Positions 11,270 to 22,822 of a stretch of 64,000 nucleotides of DNA are shown piece by piece (position 1 is the stretch's first letter; each line of letters opens with the position of its first letter). The notes under the pieces are model-generated. The model was not told where the DNA came from, ran no database searches, and worked only from the letters and a program-made list of their open reading frames with translations. The stretch is from Basidiobolus meristosporus CBS 931.73 (lineage: Eukaryota > Fungi > Basidiobolomycota): contig MCFE01000134.1 in NCBI GenBank assembly GCA_002104905.1, positions 94,014-158,013 of the forward strand, read 5' to 3'. The translations under genes and the position numbers were made by a program.

Positions 11270-14200
11270 TGGAGTCACTCATTGAGTGTGAGGTTGGGCT
11301 TAATGTTGGTGTAGGGTATAGAGATTGTATAGGTCAATACAATTGGCAATTGAGGTACAATTGAAGTTTCAATGGAAATAAATAAATTTGTATGCATGGA
11401 AAGTAAGAGAAACGGTTTAGTCAAGAAGTAAGGAGTGTGAAAAAGAGGCAATGGCCAATCAATTCACACAAACATAGGAGGCAATAGAGTGTCTGGGATC
11501 AGAAAGTGAGCTAATTGGCTGTGAACCAATCAAAAGCCACTTATACATTGTTGTGATGAAAAATTTTGTCAAAGTTTTTTGTGAAATCTGGGGTGCAATT
11601 ATTTTTCAACAATCTCTGGACAGTGTCCTGACAAGATCAGTACCTCTTAGTCATGGGACATTAACTTTGTGATGGCCTTTTGACAGGATCATCTCAATAT
11701 TTCTTCATAGGGATTGATCCCAAAAAGAAGGTCAAAAAATGGATTTTCTCCAGTACAATGGGTGAAACACAGGGGCTACTTTGACTCTGGATGTGGAGTT
11801 GTTTTTCACATTGTGTGGCAGAGTATAGGTCTACTATGCCTCTCTGGCACTTTAGGGCTAAATTTAGCACTCACAGCTCAACATGGCACTATCTAATGGA
11901 ATTAGTCTTATATGCAGAGTGGGAACTATGTTTTCCTCCTATGGTGGAGCATTACTAACAAGTTGAACACCTTGCAGTGGTAGAATTCTCTGACATGAAT
12001 GCTATGTAGCTTTTAACACATGGTGGTATCAGGATGGTCTCTGGATTATATGTTGCCAGCTGTATTAAGGTTGTCCATTTGTACTATGTGCATGATAAGT
12101 TACATCCAGCAACAATTTTGGAAAGAAGTATTAGTATACCCTCAAAGCCCCCATTACTGAAATTTGTGGAAACAGGCCACTTCTCTAGCCCCAACAAAAC
12201 ATCATTCACCAGTATATGGATTACTGGGCATATAAGGTTCCAAAAAGTATCCATGACATTTTTTATAGGTGTTGTCTTATAGCAGATTAGCATTTTGGTG
12301 GACTCATACAGGGTATTGTTGTTAGTGGAGATAGGCTCTCAATCCATCAGTTAGCCTTTGACTTTAGAGCAATCACTCTGCATGCCATATTCAGAAGGCT
12401 GAGGTGAGCCTATAGGTATCACAAACTCACCTGACTTAGTTTTCACAAGGTCACAAGTACGGCTAGGTGCTGTGATAGAAGTATTAAGTTACCAGAAAGA
12501 TATTGTTGAAAAAATAGTGACTGATTAATGGTAGAATATGAATTGTGTGGCAAAACACTTTCTGTGATTCTTGCAATACTTTCTATGCAGTCTGTGTGCA
12601 TTACAACTGAGAGACTTGTTACAATAGCCACAAGGTCTTTTTCCACTTCTCTTATTGCTTTGAATCAATGTAGCCTTCTCCATGCAACAAACAGCTTGAC
12701 ACTCAACAATATAATGCTACTATTTCACTTTTTGTTAATACTTGTGTTTAACTTAAAACAGTCTTGTATTCATGACATTGCACCGGCATGAATGTAAGAT
12801 TCAATAGTAACCCACCATAGTAAGTATTATAAATAGTGTTGTGGCACCACATACACACATATAAGTAGCACTATTTCCCCTTTAGTTTGACTCACTTCCA
12901 TATATATGCCACCAAAAAATACAGCAAAGCCATCTGGTTCCCACCCAAGCCCCACTGTTGACAGCAACAGATGAACAGTTGGACAGCAGCTTGCTTTGAC
13001 ATTCAGTGCAACACACAGGGATACTTCAAAAAAAGGCCATGTTGCAAGTGTTTGCACTGAAGGTAATAGTGCAGACTCTCCAGGCTCTCAGTCAAGTAGG
13101 CAAATGAGCATCTCTGTGGAGATGCAAGCTGGCAGTAATGCTCAGACAGATGAGAATGCAGCAAACTTGGTGCCTTTGGCTGCAGACCAGCAAGTGACCA
13201 TCAATAAATTGTCACTGCCCATACTATCACTTATGTTGTTTACTCATACTGAATCACCAATGGCCAATAGGTTAGATGTAATTACCCAGAGAAATCAGGA
13301 AATAGTCCAGAAACAGGATGAGCAGTTAATACAAGTAGAGCAATCAATATCCCAGGTGAGAATGCAGTACCATTGCTGGAGGAAGGAACTCAAGTAGCTC
13401 AATATCACAGTTGAGAATTGGGACATCTCCCAATGTTACAGCAGAGGAACACCATATAGTTGTTGAAGCATAACAATAGTGCCCAAAGATAAAGCCCATA
13501 GAAAAACCTATGACAGCATGGGAGTGAGAGACTGTTAAGTTTACGCATATGACTCAAAATCAAAAGACATTAAAGATATGTGACACCATTGAGTGCAATG
13601 ATAACAGAAGGGCTGATATTCAAGAGGCTGTTTGAAGTCTAGCACAGCATCATCTTAAGGCTGGCATACCATTGGACCATAAGGGACTCAAGGCCAAGCA
13701 GAATGTGCTTGACCTGTTCCATCAGCATTATCCTGGATTCAAGCAAGCAAACAGATTTTGGTTCAGCATTGGAATGTCAAGAAAGTATTTCAAGAATAGC
13801 AGAAATTATCAATGGCAGAAGAACAAGGGTGCCATGGCTAAATACTAGCATCCTCCTCAAGTGCTTGTCAGAAACAGGGTTGATAGCTCCAAACAAGTGG
13901 CAAAAAAAGCTTAGGTAGTCAGAAGAGTGCTAGTCAGGGACAGGCAGGAAGAAACTAGTGCATTAGCGCAGCATTCATCAAGGAGAAAACATGGTTCAAA
14001 ATAAGAAGTACTCGGTCACAGTAGCAGTGAAGGACTTGAAAGTTATAAATACCCATGGCTTTCACAGGATCCTGCCACAAGCAGGGCTGGAAGTTCCAAA
14101 CAAGCAGCAAAGATGCATTAGGTTGCCAGTAGAGAGCTGGCAAGGGACAGGCAGGCAAGAATCAATGCACCTGTGCAGCACTCATCAAGGAGAAAACAGA

Positions 14201-14835
14201 GTACTATACAAGAAGTACTCAGTCAAAGTAGCAGTGAAAGACTTGGCTGTGATAAAGTTCAAGATAGAGCAAAAAAGGTCTGCTCAAGCCAGATACAGGG
14301 AAGCATCTGAAAAAAGCTGCAGTTCTTATCAACTTATACCATTGGCCCAGATCAGGCTGAATCCCATCATAGCAAAGAAGAATTACCAACTAGAAAGCAA
14401 CCACTTTCTTAAGAGGTGGACATGCAGCCAGTTGAGCTATACTCTTGTGAGGTAGATGAGTTTGTAGAGAAAAGCAACTTGTCTGCCACTGCCCCCATGT
14501 TTACATTGTAGACAGAGTGGAGATCCCACTGACAGACAAATCAACAATGCCAAGAACTAAGACAACTGCAATGTGTACACTGGCATTTTGAAATATAAAT
14601 AGGCACACCAAGAGGTTGCAGCACTTCTACAAGAGCAGTGCTCAGCAAAATGCACTTACATATTGCAAGGATTTATTGCAAAGACTGGCAGATAAGGTTC
14701 TAGACCTTGCAGGGCTGGCTGAAGACCAGGACTAATGGGAGCCAGTGAATGAACAGCGGCATAAAGCTGCAGGGTTCCTGCAGAAGTCATGGACAAAGGG
14801 TGTTACAGCAGAAGTACATATTGTACGGTGGATTT
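11270..14835. mobile_element. Second tandem CACTA unit (~3.57 kb): internally deleted Tnp2 on minus (~11270-12650) and ORF2 on plus (~12996-14835)
   Basis: 11925-12900 is similar to 6160-6296 plus 7364-8200; 12900-13890 to 8200-9216; 11280-11700 to 14845-15280. The transposase core is missing across a junction at ~11915. Confidence 0.8.
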
Positions 14836-15835
14836 TAATGAAGTAGCATCTTGAGTGTTGGGTTGGGTTTAATGTAAGTGTTGGATATAGGGACTTGTAT
14901 AGGTCAATGCAATTGGCAATTGAGCTGCAACTGAAGCTTCAATGGAAATAAATCAATTTGTTTGCATGAAAAGTACAAGAATTGGTAGAGTCAGGAAGTA
15001 AGGAATGTGAAAAAGAGGCAATAGCTAATCAGTGTATACAAATGTAGGAAGTGATTGATTGTCTGGGATCAGAAAGTGAGAGAATTGGCAGAGGACCAAT
15101 CACAAGTCACATATGTATTGCTGTGGTGACAAATTTTGTCCAAGTTTTTTATGAAATCTATGGTGCAATTATTTCTCAATGGACTTTGCACAGTATCCTG
15201 AGAGGATTGATACCTCTTGGTCATGAGAATTTAGTTTTGTGACAGCCTTTTAATGGGATCATCCCAATTATATCTCACAGGGAGTGTGATTTGCATTTAT
15301 TTCCATTCACACTCAAGAAACATATTCTAATACTTTATTTACCAACCATAATAGTGGTATCCAATTGTACACATGTTGCAAACATTGTAACTTGGCACAA
15401 TCATCCATGCTAACCTCATTGTGTCAGTTTGTGCAGTAGTGTGCAAGATTGTCTCACATAATGCAAAATCTGACTACATTGATTCTATCCACTGGTGGCT
15501 ACAACATTATGCCCAATTGTTCTAAGCAACTGCAGATTGTGCCACATACACTGGAATGGTACAATGGAGCAAGTCTTTTGAGTACTAAATGCATGTCTTC
15601 TGTCTTTCTGTGCTTTCATTCAGCATATGCAACATTGATCCCAAAGAAATGGTTAAAAAAAATGTGTTTTCTCCTGCATAATAGGTGAAATATAGAGGCT
15701 GCTTTGCATGAAGATGTAGAATATGATTTTGCATTGTGTAGCCAAATATAGGTCTGCTATGCCTCTTTGATACACTATAGTGCTATTTGGTACTTATAGC
15801 TTAATGTGTCACTTTACATTGGAACAGGTCTAATT
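14835..15835 (-). mobile_element. CACTA Tnp2 C-terminal region (start of a third tandem unit)
   Basis: Direct homolog of 11280-11900 that retains ~350 bp absent from that copy. Confidence 0.7.
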
Positions 15836-15879
15836 TCAAACTTGGTAGAATTGCCCAAGTTTTAAATTAAAGGATCTTG

Positions 15880-17300
15880 CATGTCTTTGGATATTTGGGC
15901 TTTGGCATTTATTATGGAGTGTCTCCCTCCCATGCTTTGATAAATCTTTTAGTGGGCTTTATCTCTGGGCACTGTTGTTGTGGTTCAATGGTAATTTGGT
16001 GTGCCTATGCTGCTAAATTGGGAGATGGCTCATTTCTGGTCTGTGCATTGCAATGCTTGAGCTCCTCCTATGCAGGAAAGATACTGCATTCTCTACCTGG
16101 GATATTGATTGCACTACCTGCCTGATCCATGCATCCTGACTCCGGAATAATTCCTGGTTTCTGTGGGCTATTACTTCTGTGCATTTAGCCAACACACCTA
16201 ATTGCCTCATCAATGCACTTATATCAGCTGAGCATAGACTTGACCACAGTGTAATGTTATTATGGTGGTCATGTGCTGTTCTTCCACAAGAGATACTGTG
16301 CTTGCCACATTCTCATCTACCTGTGCATTGTGGGCAGTTTGCAATTCCAGCAAGGTTCTCAATTGCCTTCTTTTCTAAGAGCCTGAGGAGTTTATATTAC
16401 TACCTTCAGTAGGCACATTGTCCAACATGATCTTTTTGGGATTTAACCCCACTTGTTGCACTCATTATTAAAGCAAGCTGTTTTCCTACTGTTCTTCTGT
16501 AGCTGTCTGTAGCTAGACTTAGCTGGGTTACAGACATCTTTGATTTACCTATTGATGGTAGTTATGTGGAAGTGAATCAACTCAAGGGATATAATGTTAA
16601 ATGTAAATGTATGTGATGCCACATCTTTATCTATATTGCTTAATGTAGTGGATAGCACTTAATCTTTCATTTGTGCAGGTGTAATGTCTCAAATATAACA
16701 CTTTCCTAGACTCAGATGAATATTGACAAAAAGTGATACAATAGCATATGATGTACAATATCAAGCTGTTTGTCTTGTGGACAAGAGTGAATTGATTCTA
16801 CACTGTAAGTGAAGAGAAAAAGACCATGTAGATATTGTAGCAAGCTTCTGAGCCATGGGGAACCCTGACAGCATAGGAGGTATTACAACAATCATGGCCA
16901 GTGTTTTGCCACACAGATCATATTTGAGCATTGAACATTCACATCTGTACCTGCAATGTCTTACTGGCAACTTTATACTTCTGTAACAGCACCTAGCCTC
17001 ACTTGCCACCTTACTCTAACTGAGTCATGTGGGCTAGAGATGACTTTTTGCTTATCTCAGTCTTTGAAATTTAGCCTGTGTAGTGATATCTCTGACAATC
17101 AAGGCTCAATGATCAAATCAACCTTACCCTGTACATGATGCAAATGAGCAACTGTTATACAGCTAGCAACATATGACCCAGAGATTACCCTGGTACCAGC
17201 ATATGTTAATAGTTGCATGGCATTCATGTCAAAAACTGGCACCATTGCAAGGTGTCCAACTTGTCAGGAATCCTTTACCACAGGAGGAAACCATTGCTCA
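15880..17300 (+). mobile_element. Inverted CACTA copy: ORF2 5' part on minus, Tnp2 N-terminus on plus
   Basis: ORF 16013..16213(-) MMRQLGVLAKC...QSISQVENAV matches 8411..8707. Plus strand 17161-17280 gives LATYDPEITLVPAYVNSCMAF...RCPTCQE, homologous to the zinc motif of copy B. Confidence 0.8.
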
Positions 17301-17329
17301 CATTCTAGATAGACTCCAGTAATATTCCA

Positions 17330-17930
17330 TCTAAGGAAGCTTGTTCAGTCTTGCCTTGGATCCTGCCTTTCCTTCACAGTTTAGATCCAACCTCTGTCCT
17401 GCCATGCCTTTACTTGTATCCTGTATTGTATTTTAGTGGTACAAGCATTTTGTAAGCTTATTTTAGGTTGCCATAGCCCTCAATATTAGCACCTCTGAAG
17501 TATTAGCAAAATACCTCACTTTGCTCAGTAGGTATACTTCATCTATTGACCTGAGCTTTGGTGCCTCTTGTAGGTATACTTCCTTCTATTATCCTAGTAA
17601 CTTGGAAATGAAGGTTTAGAAATCTGTTTAAACTCACTGATCCCTGGTATATATTATTACTGTTATTATCCAGCTCTGCCTTTCCTTGCCCAGCTTGTTA
17701 CCCATACATCATGGCTATTTAACTTCACAATAGCATAGGCATATCAAAGTTTTTATAAATCAGCACATGAGATTACAGGCTTTGTGCAGTCGCATTGGTT
17801 TTACTGGGATTGTGGATGACTGCCAATGCACAAGTCGATAGCAAAAATTAGATTGGTGGTGTGATTGCTTGTCTCATTCTCTATGGTTGCTATGTTGGAT
17901 GAATACCACAGTCAGCAGCCCCTGCACACT
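17330..17930. repeat. Unclassified CpG-depleted repeat remnant, possibly LTR-derived
   Basis: Very few CpG. Short similarity (CTTGCCTTGG...GTCCTGCCATG) to the end of the solo LTR at ~54955-55020. Confidence 0.3.
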
Positions 17931-20903
17931 AGACAAAATACATCTTGGTATATACGAAAAAAAGGAGGTGTACCTTGAACGAAGTGATCGATAATACGTT
18001 ATGATTTCTGTCGTCGCCCTGACGAGTGACTGTTGCTATAATCCGTTGAGAGGTGACGATTTGGAATGCTTTGGACAGGAAACGATTGTGACTTGGTACC
18101 TCGCTATGCGACATGTCGCTTTTATACTAAATACACAATGGGCAAGCATGAAAAAAGAGCAAGGGCTAAAGGCATGCTTGAAGAACTGGGGCATAGTGGA
18201 AGGAGCATGCAGGAGTTTTCGACAGGCCGGGAAGATTTCAAGAAGAAGGGGAAGTTCAGAGTCCTTTCCACCTTACTCAGCCCAAGTAGATCCTGAATGA
18301 CCTCTTAGGCCAATAGAAGGCTATCCCTGATCACTGCTTCTTTACTGCAATCTCCTTCGGTGGCAAGCAAGGAGACTACGACTGTTCCTCAGGGCTAGTC
18401 TCTCGATCTCTACTTTTTGTGGTTTAATCAACAATTATTGCACTGAGTTGCTGCAGACTGACTCTGGTACAACAACCGATTCTCCACACACAATGCAGAA
18501 GTAGCAGGAGAAGCGTGTTTCCGTTAAGATCAGCTTTCCATTGCCTTTGAAAGAGGTGAGGTCATTAGCCGGAGTATCTTATCGTACGCCAGAGTAGCAG
18601 ACCCAAAATGGGCCATGTTACTGAAAAGCTGTACAACAACCAGAATGCGCTAGGTGCCAAGTTTGTTGAGTTCGAAACCGACTGAGCTGCCTAGATGCCA
18701 GGCTTCGGTCCGGGAAAATCTTGTCACACACTCAGTCAACAAGATGTTGTCTTCAACCTCCTACCCCTTTGTACTCTTATGTCTCATAACTCTCCACTCA
18801 GTATCTTCTGAGGAAAAATAATAAAACGCAATGGTATATTCTGTCCAACATTAGTACGGCAGCTCTAAGGCGTGCTTATATACCGCACTACTACATGCTT
18901 TAAAGCCTATCGGTGTATGCAGTGGTTTGGAAAGGTGTAGTTAGCACATCACAACCATTTTGGCTTGTTCTCGGACAATGGCACATGCGCTTTCGGATCA
19001 AATGCACGATAATGAACAATCATAACTTTGAGACAAAAGCCCGCTCGTTCCTATCATATATCCTCGAGGGTTAGTCAAAGCTGGAGGCCTTCCAAAGCAG
19101 TTCAGCTGGTTACTTCGGAAGTATCTTTGCTCTTCCCGACACCATGATTCCTATCTTTTGTGCAGTGCATTGGTGTTTTTGTGAATCTTCCCGCTGAATC
19201 TTTCTTCGATATATCCCTGAACAGTGTAGCATTGTTTCACAAAGCTTAATGCATGTTTTTCATTTCACATGCAAGATAAAATCCCAATAATGTTTTAGGT
19301 TCGTGTCGCCCTTCTCAACGTCATGAAGCTCTGTCGATGGCAACCACACATCAGCAACACTGGATAAATTCCTGGTGACGCTAAGCCTTACTTTTACCAA
19401 CAGCCAGATAGAGGCTTGAACGCACAATTATCCGTGATGCTTCAGTAACTTGTTGCAGGTACATTTCGGGGGGGGAATACTGGAGTAGATCTTCGCAAGG
19501 ATATAGCAGATTTTCACAAGTCGATTAGCTAAATCAAGGACAAATATTCCTGCAACACTTCTGGAATTCAAACCATTTTTACCAACCAATGCTGGACCCA
19601 AATTCGATCATGGGGACTTCAAGGATCGGAGAAATTTTATTCCACAAACATCGAAAGACTAGCCCATATCCTGAGGTGGTCCAACCATGATGAAAAGCTG
19701 GCTATTGCACCCATAGACACGCAATTTATTTGCACCAGCGACTCTTGAAACAGGACAACTTTCAATGTGTTGCCAACGTTCCCTGGAGGAACACACCATT
19801 GTTTAAAAACAAAGGTGTACGTGGGATCTGCATGGTTGTATCTCTTCGATGTCACATGGATTTCTAACCTAGGGAGTCGGGAATTTTAGTGTGGTGATGA
19901 AAAATAAGCTACCAAGAATGTGCCAGCTTGCATATCTATGGAGCCACAACTTTACGCTTCCATAGTGATCATAATCTCGGACTCCTGCATGCTTTACCAA
20001 CCGGTTTGCACGTTCGCAACCATACCTTACTCTTGTCCATTTTTGTGGAGATAGAGAGAGATGGACACGATGTTCAACGCACCAGTACTCTTCTATCTCG
20101 GTTTCCCTCGAGCGCGACAGAGAGCGGTAGCATCCAGATGTCAGCGATGAGTTGCCTGCGAAACCAACATAGAAGATTCATTGCACTTACTTTCCTGACC
20201 TACCTGCTTGTAAGCCAACCCCAGATACGCATTGATGGTAGCATGCGTTTCTCAATGGAGGAATTTGTAGCAGTAGGAATGAGCAGCAGTGCAGATATTG
20301 TTACGACACTGGATATGCACCCAGCGCATCCACGAAAATTAGTTAGCCTATGAACACTAAGCTCCTTCATGCGCCAATTATCACACGCTTGATCTTTTAC
20401 GCAAACAGTTTCATAACACAATGAACGCAGGTGTCATGACATATCACATCGCCTACATTCCGATTTACTGCTAGATAACAATGGCTAATACCCCGAGGGA
20501 CCACCTCGCTGTATTCCAAACCGAACCGAAAAATCGGGTATTTTAGTGGGCACATATAAAGCGAAGGGCTCAGGAGAAAGTATCGCTCGTCTTGCTTCGA
20601 ATATCTCCTTTCTATTCGAGAAGATAATTGCACGGTGTTGCTACGGCTAGTTCTACGAGACAGATTCACTTCGCAAGAAAGATCGACCAGCAGTTACCTC
20701 ATTCGCCAGTACAGTTTAATGCTGTACCTGAAGAGATCACTATTGAATCACTCCTTCCTGTATAACGGTTTAAATCCCCTTCTCTCCTCGGAAGCCATTG
20801 TAGATTAAGTATCATATAAAGACTCTCCTTCGGTGCTCTAACCCTTCTTCGCGCCGCTCTCTGAAGCTCCACTCTGGTTGTTTGGGACCCTTCGTCATAT
20901 CCG

Positions 20904-22241
20904 ATGAACACTGCACCCTTGCTAGAAATTCGGGAAGATCTCAATGTCACCACGGTGACCACAGTGATTCTTAATAGTCTCTCGGTAGTGTCCTCGATAG
21001 CCGTGGTCTTTACAATCCTGACTATATACACCTATCGCAAGAGTCTAGCTGATCGTGTGTCGTTTCGACTTGCACTATGGATTGCTCTCGTGAATGGATT
21101 ATATAATGGAATCCAGCTGCTACTTCAGACGCCGCTAATCGAGTCCAACACCATTTGCTCCCTGTTTGTCTGGGGCTCTCTAACTAGCTCACTACTTTCG
21201 CTCTTATTCACCGTTGCCATCGCTGTGAATCTTCAGATCATCCTCGTGCACAATCAGCCCCTGACCAAGCCTTATGAAACATATTACGCCATTCTGGCGA
21301 CTATCCTGTCCTTATGCATCACCTCCCCTCCCTACTTGCTGGGATTGTACGGCCGTCAAGCTGATGGCTCATGTGGGTTTGCCGCGCAAAACTGGTGGCA
21401 GCTCACGGTTCTACCTTGGGTCGGTCACTTGTTCTGGATCCTGTTGGGCACGCTGTATTGTGTCGTGATCACCATCATCGTCTCAGCGTATCTCTTTGCC
21501 GAAGCAACCCAAGCTATTCCTGGCGCAACCAACTCCCGGTTGACTTCTAAAAAGGTCCAGCGTGCAGTTCGTCGCATCCTCCTGTATCTTATTCTTCCTT
21601 CCTTGGGGCAATTTCTGGTGCTGATCTCCTGGATTATCCTACGCCTGGCCCATTCGAGCACGACATGGTCCATGGTTGGACAACTACTCACCGTTATCGG
21701 GTCCGGGAGCCAAGGAATGCTGACTGCTACAGCCTTCGTGTTCGATCCGGTGTTGGAGGCAGCCACCTCGGCAATTAGTAAAGACATTGTCGAGAGGGCT
21801 TTCCCCAATGCCATCTCGCCGCGAAACATAGGAAAGCCCATGCTATCCCCTAGTCTTGCCGCAAGCCGTCAGCCAGCCTGGTATACCCCAGCTCTACGAT
21901 GGTTTGCTCGCAAGTTCCTCGTTTTTCCTGGAAGTCGTTTTGAAACACATATGTGCGAGACACTATTTGCCCAGAGTAGCAACTCCGATATGGAGCACGA
22001 AGTGACCACTCCAGGGGGGGCTGATAGCCCCGGCTCCACCGGAGGGAGGGGTGAAATCGCCAGCCCACCGAAGTTGAAGATCCCCAAACCTGGGCGCATT
22101 AGTCCTGGCGGGCTAAACAGTGGCAAGCCAGGGGTCTACATCACGACCAACTTCTTGACTGCCAGTTGGGCAGAGACTTCAGTGGACTTGCCGAACACCC
22201 CCATGAGAGATCCGCTGACTCCAGTAGTCCCATGGATATAG
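20904..22241 (+). CDS. Seven-TM G protein-coupled receptor, Git3/cAMP-receptor-like
   Basis: 445-aa intronless ORF with seven hydrophobic segments, DRVSFRL after TM1 and RRILLY before TM6, and a long Pro/Gly-rich C-tail. Confidence 0.85.
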   Translation: MNTAPLLEIREDLNVTTVTTVILNSLSVVSSIAVVFTILTIYTYRKSLADRVSFRLALWIALVNGLYNGIQLLLQTPLIESNTICSLFVWGSLTSSLLSLLFTVAIAVNLQIILVHNQPLTKPYETYYAILATILSLCITSPPYLLGLYGRQADGSCGFAAQNWWQLTVLPWVGHLFWILLGTLYCVVITIIVSAYLFAEATQAIPGATNSRLTSKKVQRAVRRILLYLILPSLGQFLVLISWIILRLAHSSTTWSMVGQLLTVIGSGSQGMLTATAFVFDPVLEAATSAISKDIVERAFPNAISPRNIGKPMLSPSLAASRQPAWYTPALRWFARKFLVFPGSRFETHMCETLFAQSSNSDMEHEVTTPGGADSPGSTGGRGEIASPPKLKIPKPGRISPGGLNSGKPGVYITTNFLTASWAETSVDLPNTPMRDPLTPVVPWI

Positions 22242-22822
22242 ATACAAGACCTACGCCGAATGAACCCGATCTAAATTGTATTCCAGTTATTCCACATATA
22301 CCCCGCTGGTAAATTGTTTAAGAAGTGAAGTAAGTTAAACGTCTAGTGTTCTGTTTAAGAAGCTTTCCTTAGAGACCCTTTCCCTGTCAAAATGGAAGAG
22401 CCGAAGGTGGTTCGAAATTTTGGAAATTGCATTATTGTTCATGTGTCTTCCATATTATGTACTCCTCAATTACCTAGTTGAGTGTGATACCTCAACCTAA
22501 TCCACTCTCCCCAACCCTTCCACAAGGCGGTGTAGAGTTTGCCACATTCGCCATCCATTAAAGAGCATACTTTCCTCAATAGAACCTGTATCTCTCTTGA
22601 CTATGGTCGATAAAGAGCACTGGGCGCAGTAAGCCGTGGGCCTATAGCAGCGCCATCGCACAGATATAGGGAGATGGATCACCAAAACCGAGATGTTGAT
22701 GTATTCACAACAAGGGGCTGATTCGATATACCGGATACTCTGGTCTAAGCCCGTGAAATCGATACTTCGCCGAAATCAGATGACACCCGGTTATAAAAAC
22801 CAAGTGGCAGGGGCACTGGGCA

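Larger units (their letters stand above)
8290..11270 (+). mobile_element. Degenerate CACTA accessory ORF2 (TnpA-like, copy B), divergent from the transposase and interrupted by LTR insertions
   Basis: ORF pieces 8411..8707, 8729..9001, 9041..9216, 10354..10695 and 10732..11364 join into one decayed gene: coiled coil, EEWANIQGAIRSLARHHL...HYPGFKW...LRKYLTNSR, then a low-complexity repeat. Paralogs at ~13.0-14.8 kb, 15.9-16.4 kb and 0.7-1.35 kb. TnpA identity is inferred from position. Confidence 0.7.

Noticed and set aside
11270-11364. C-terminal end of ORF 10732..11364 as a real part of ORF2
   Set aside because: It probably reads through into the antisense of the transposase 3' end; the paralog has stops here.
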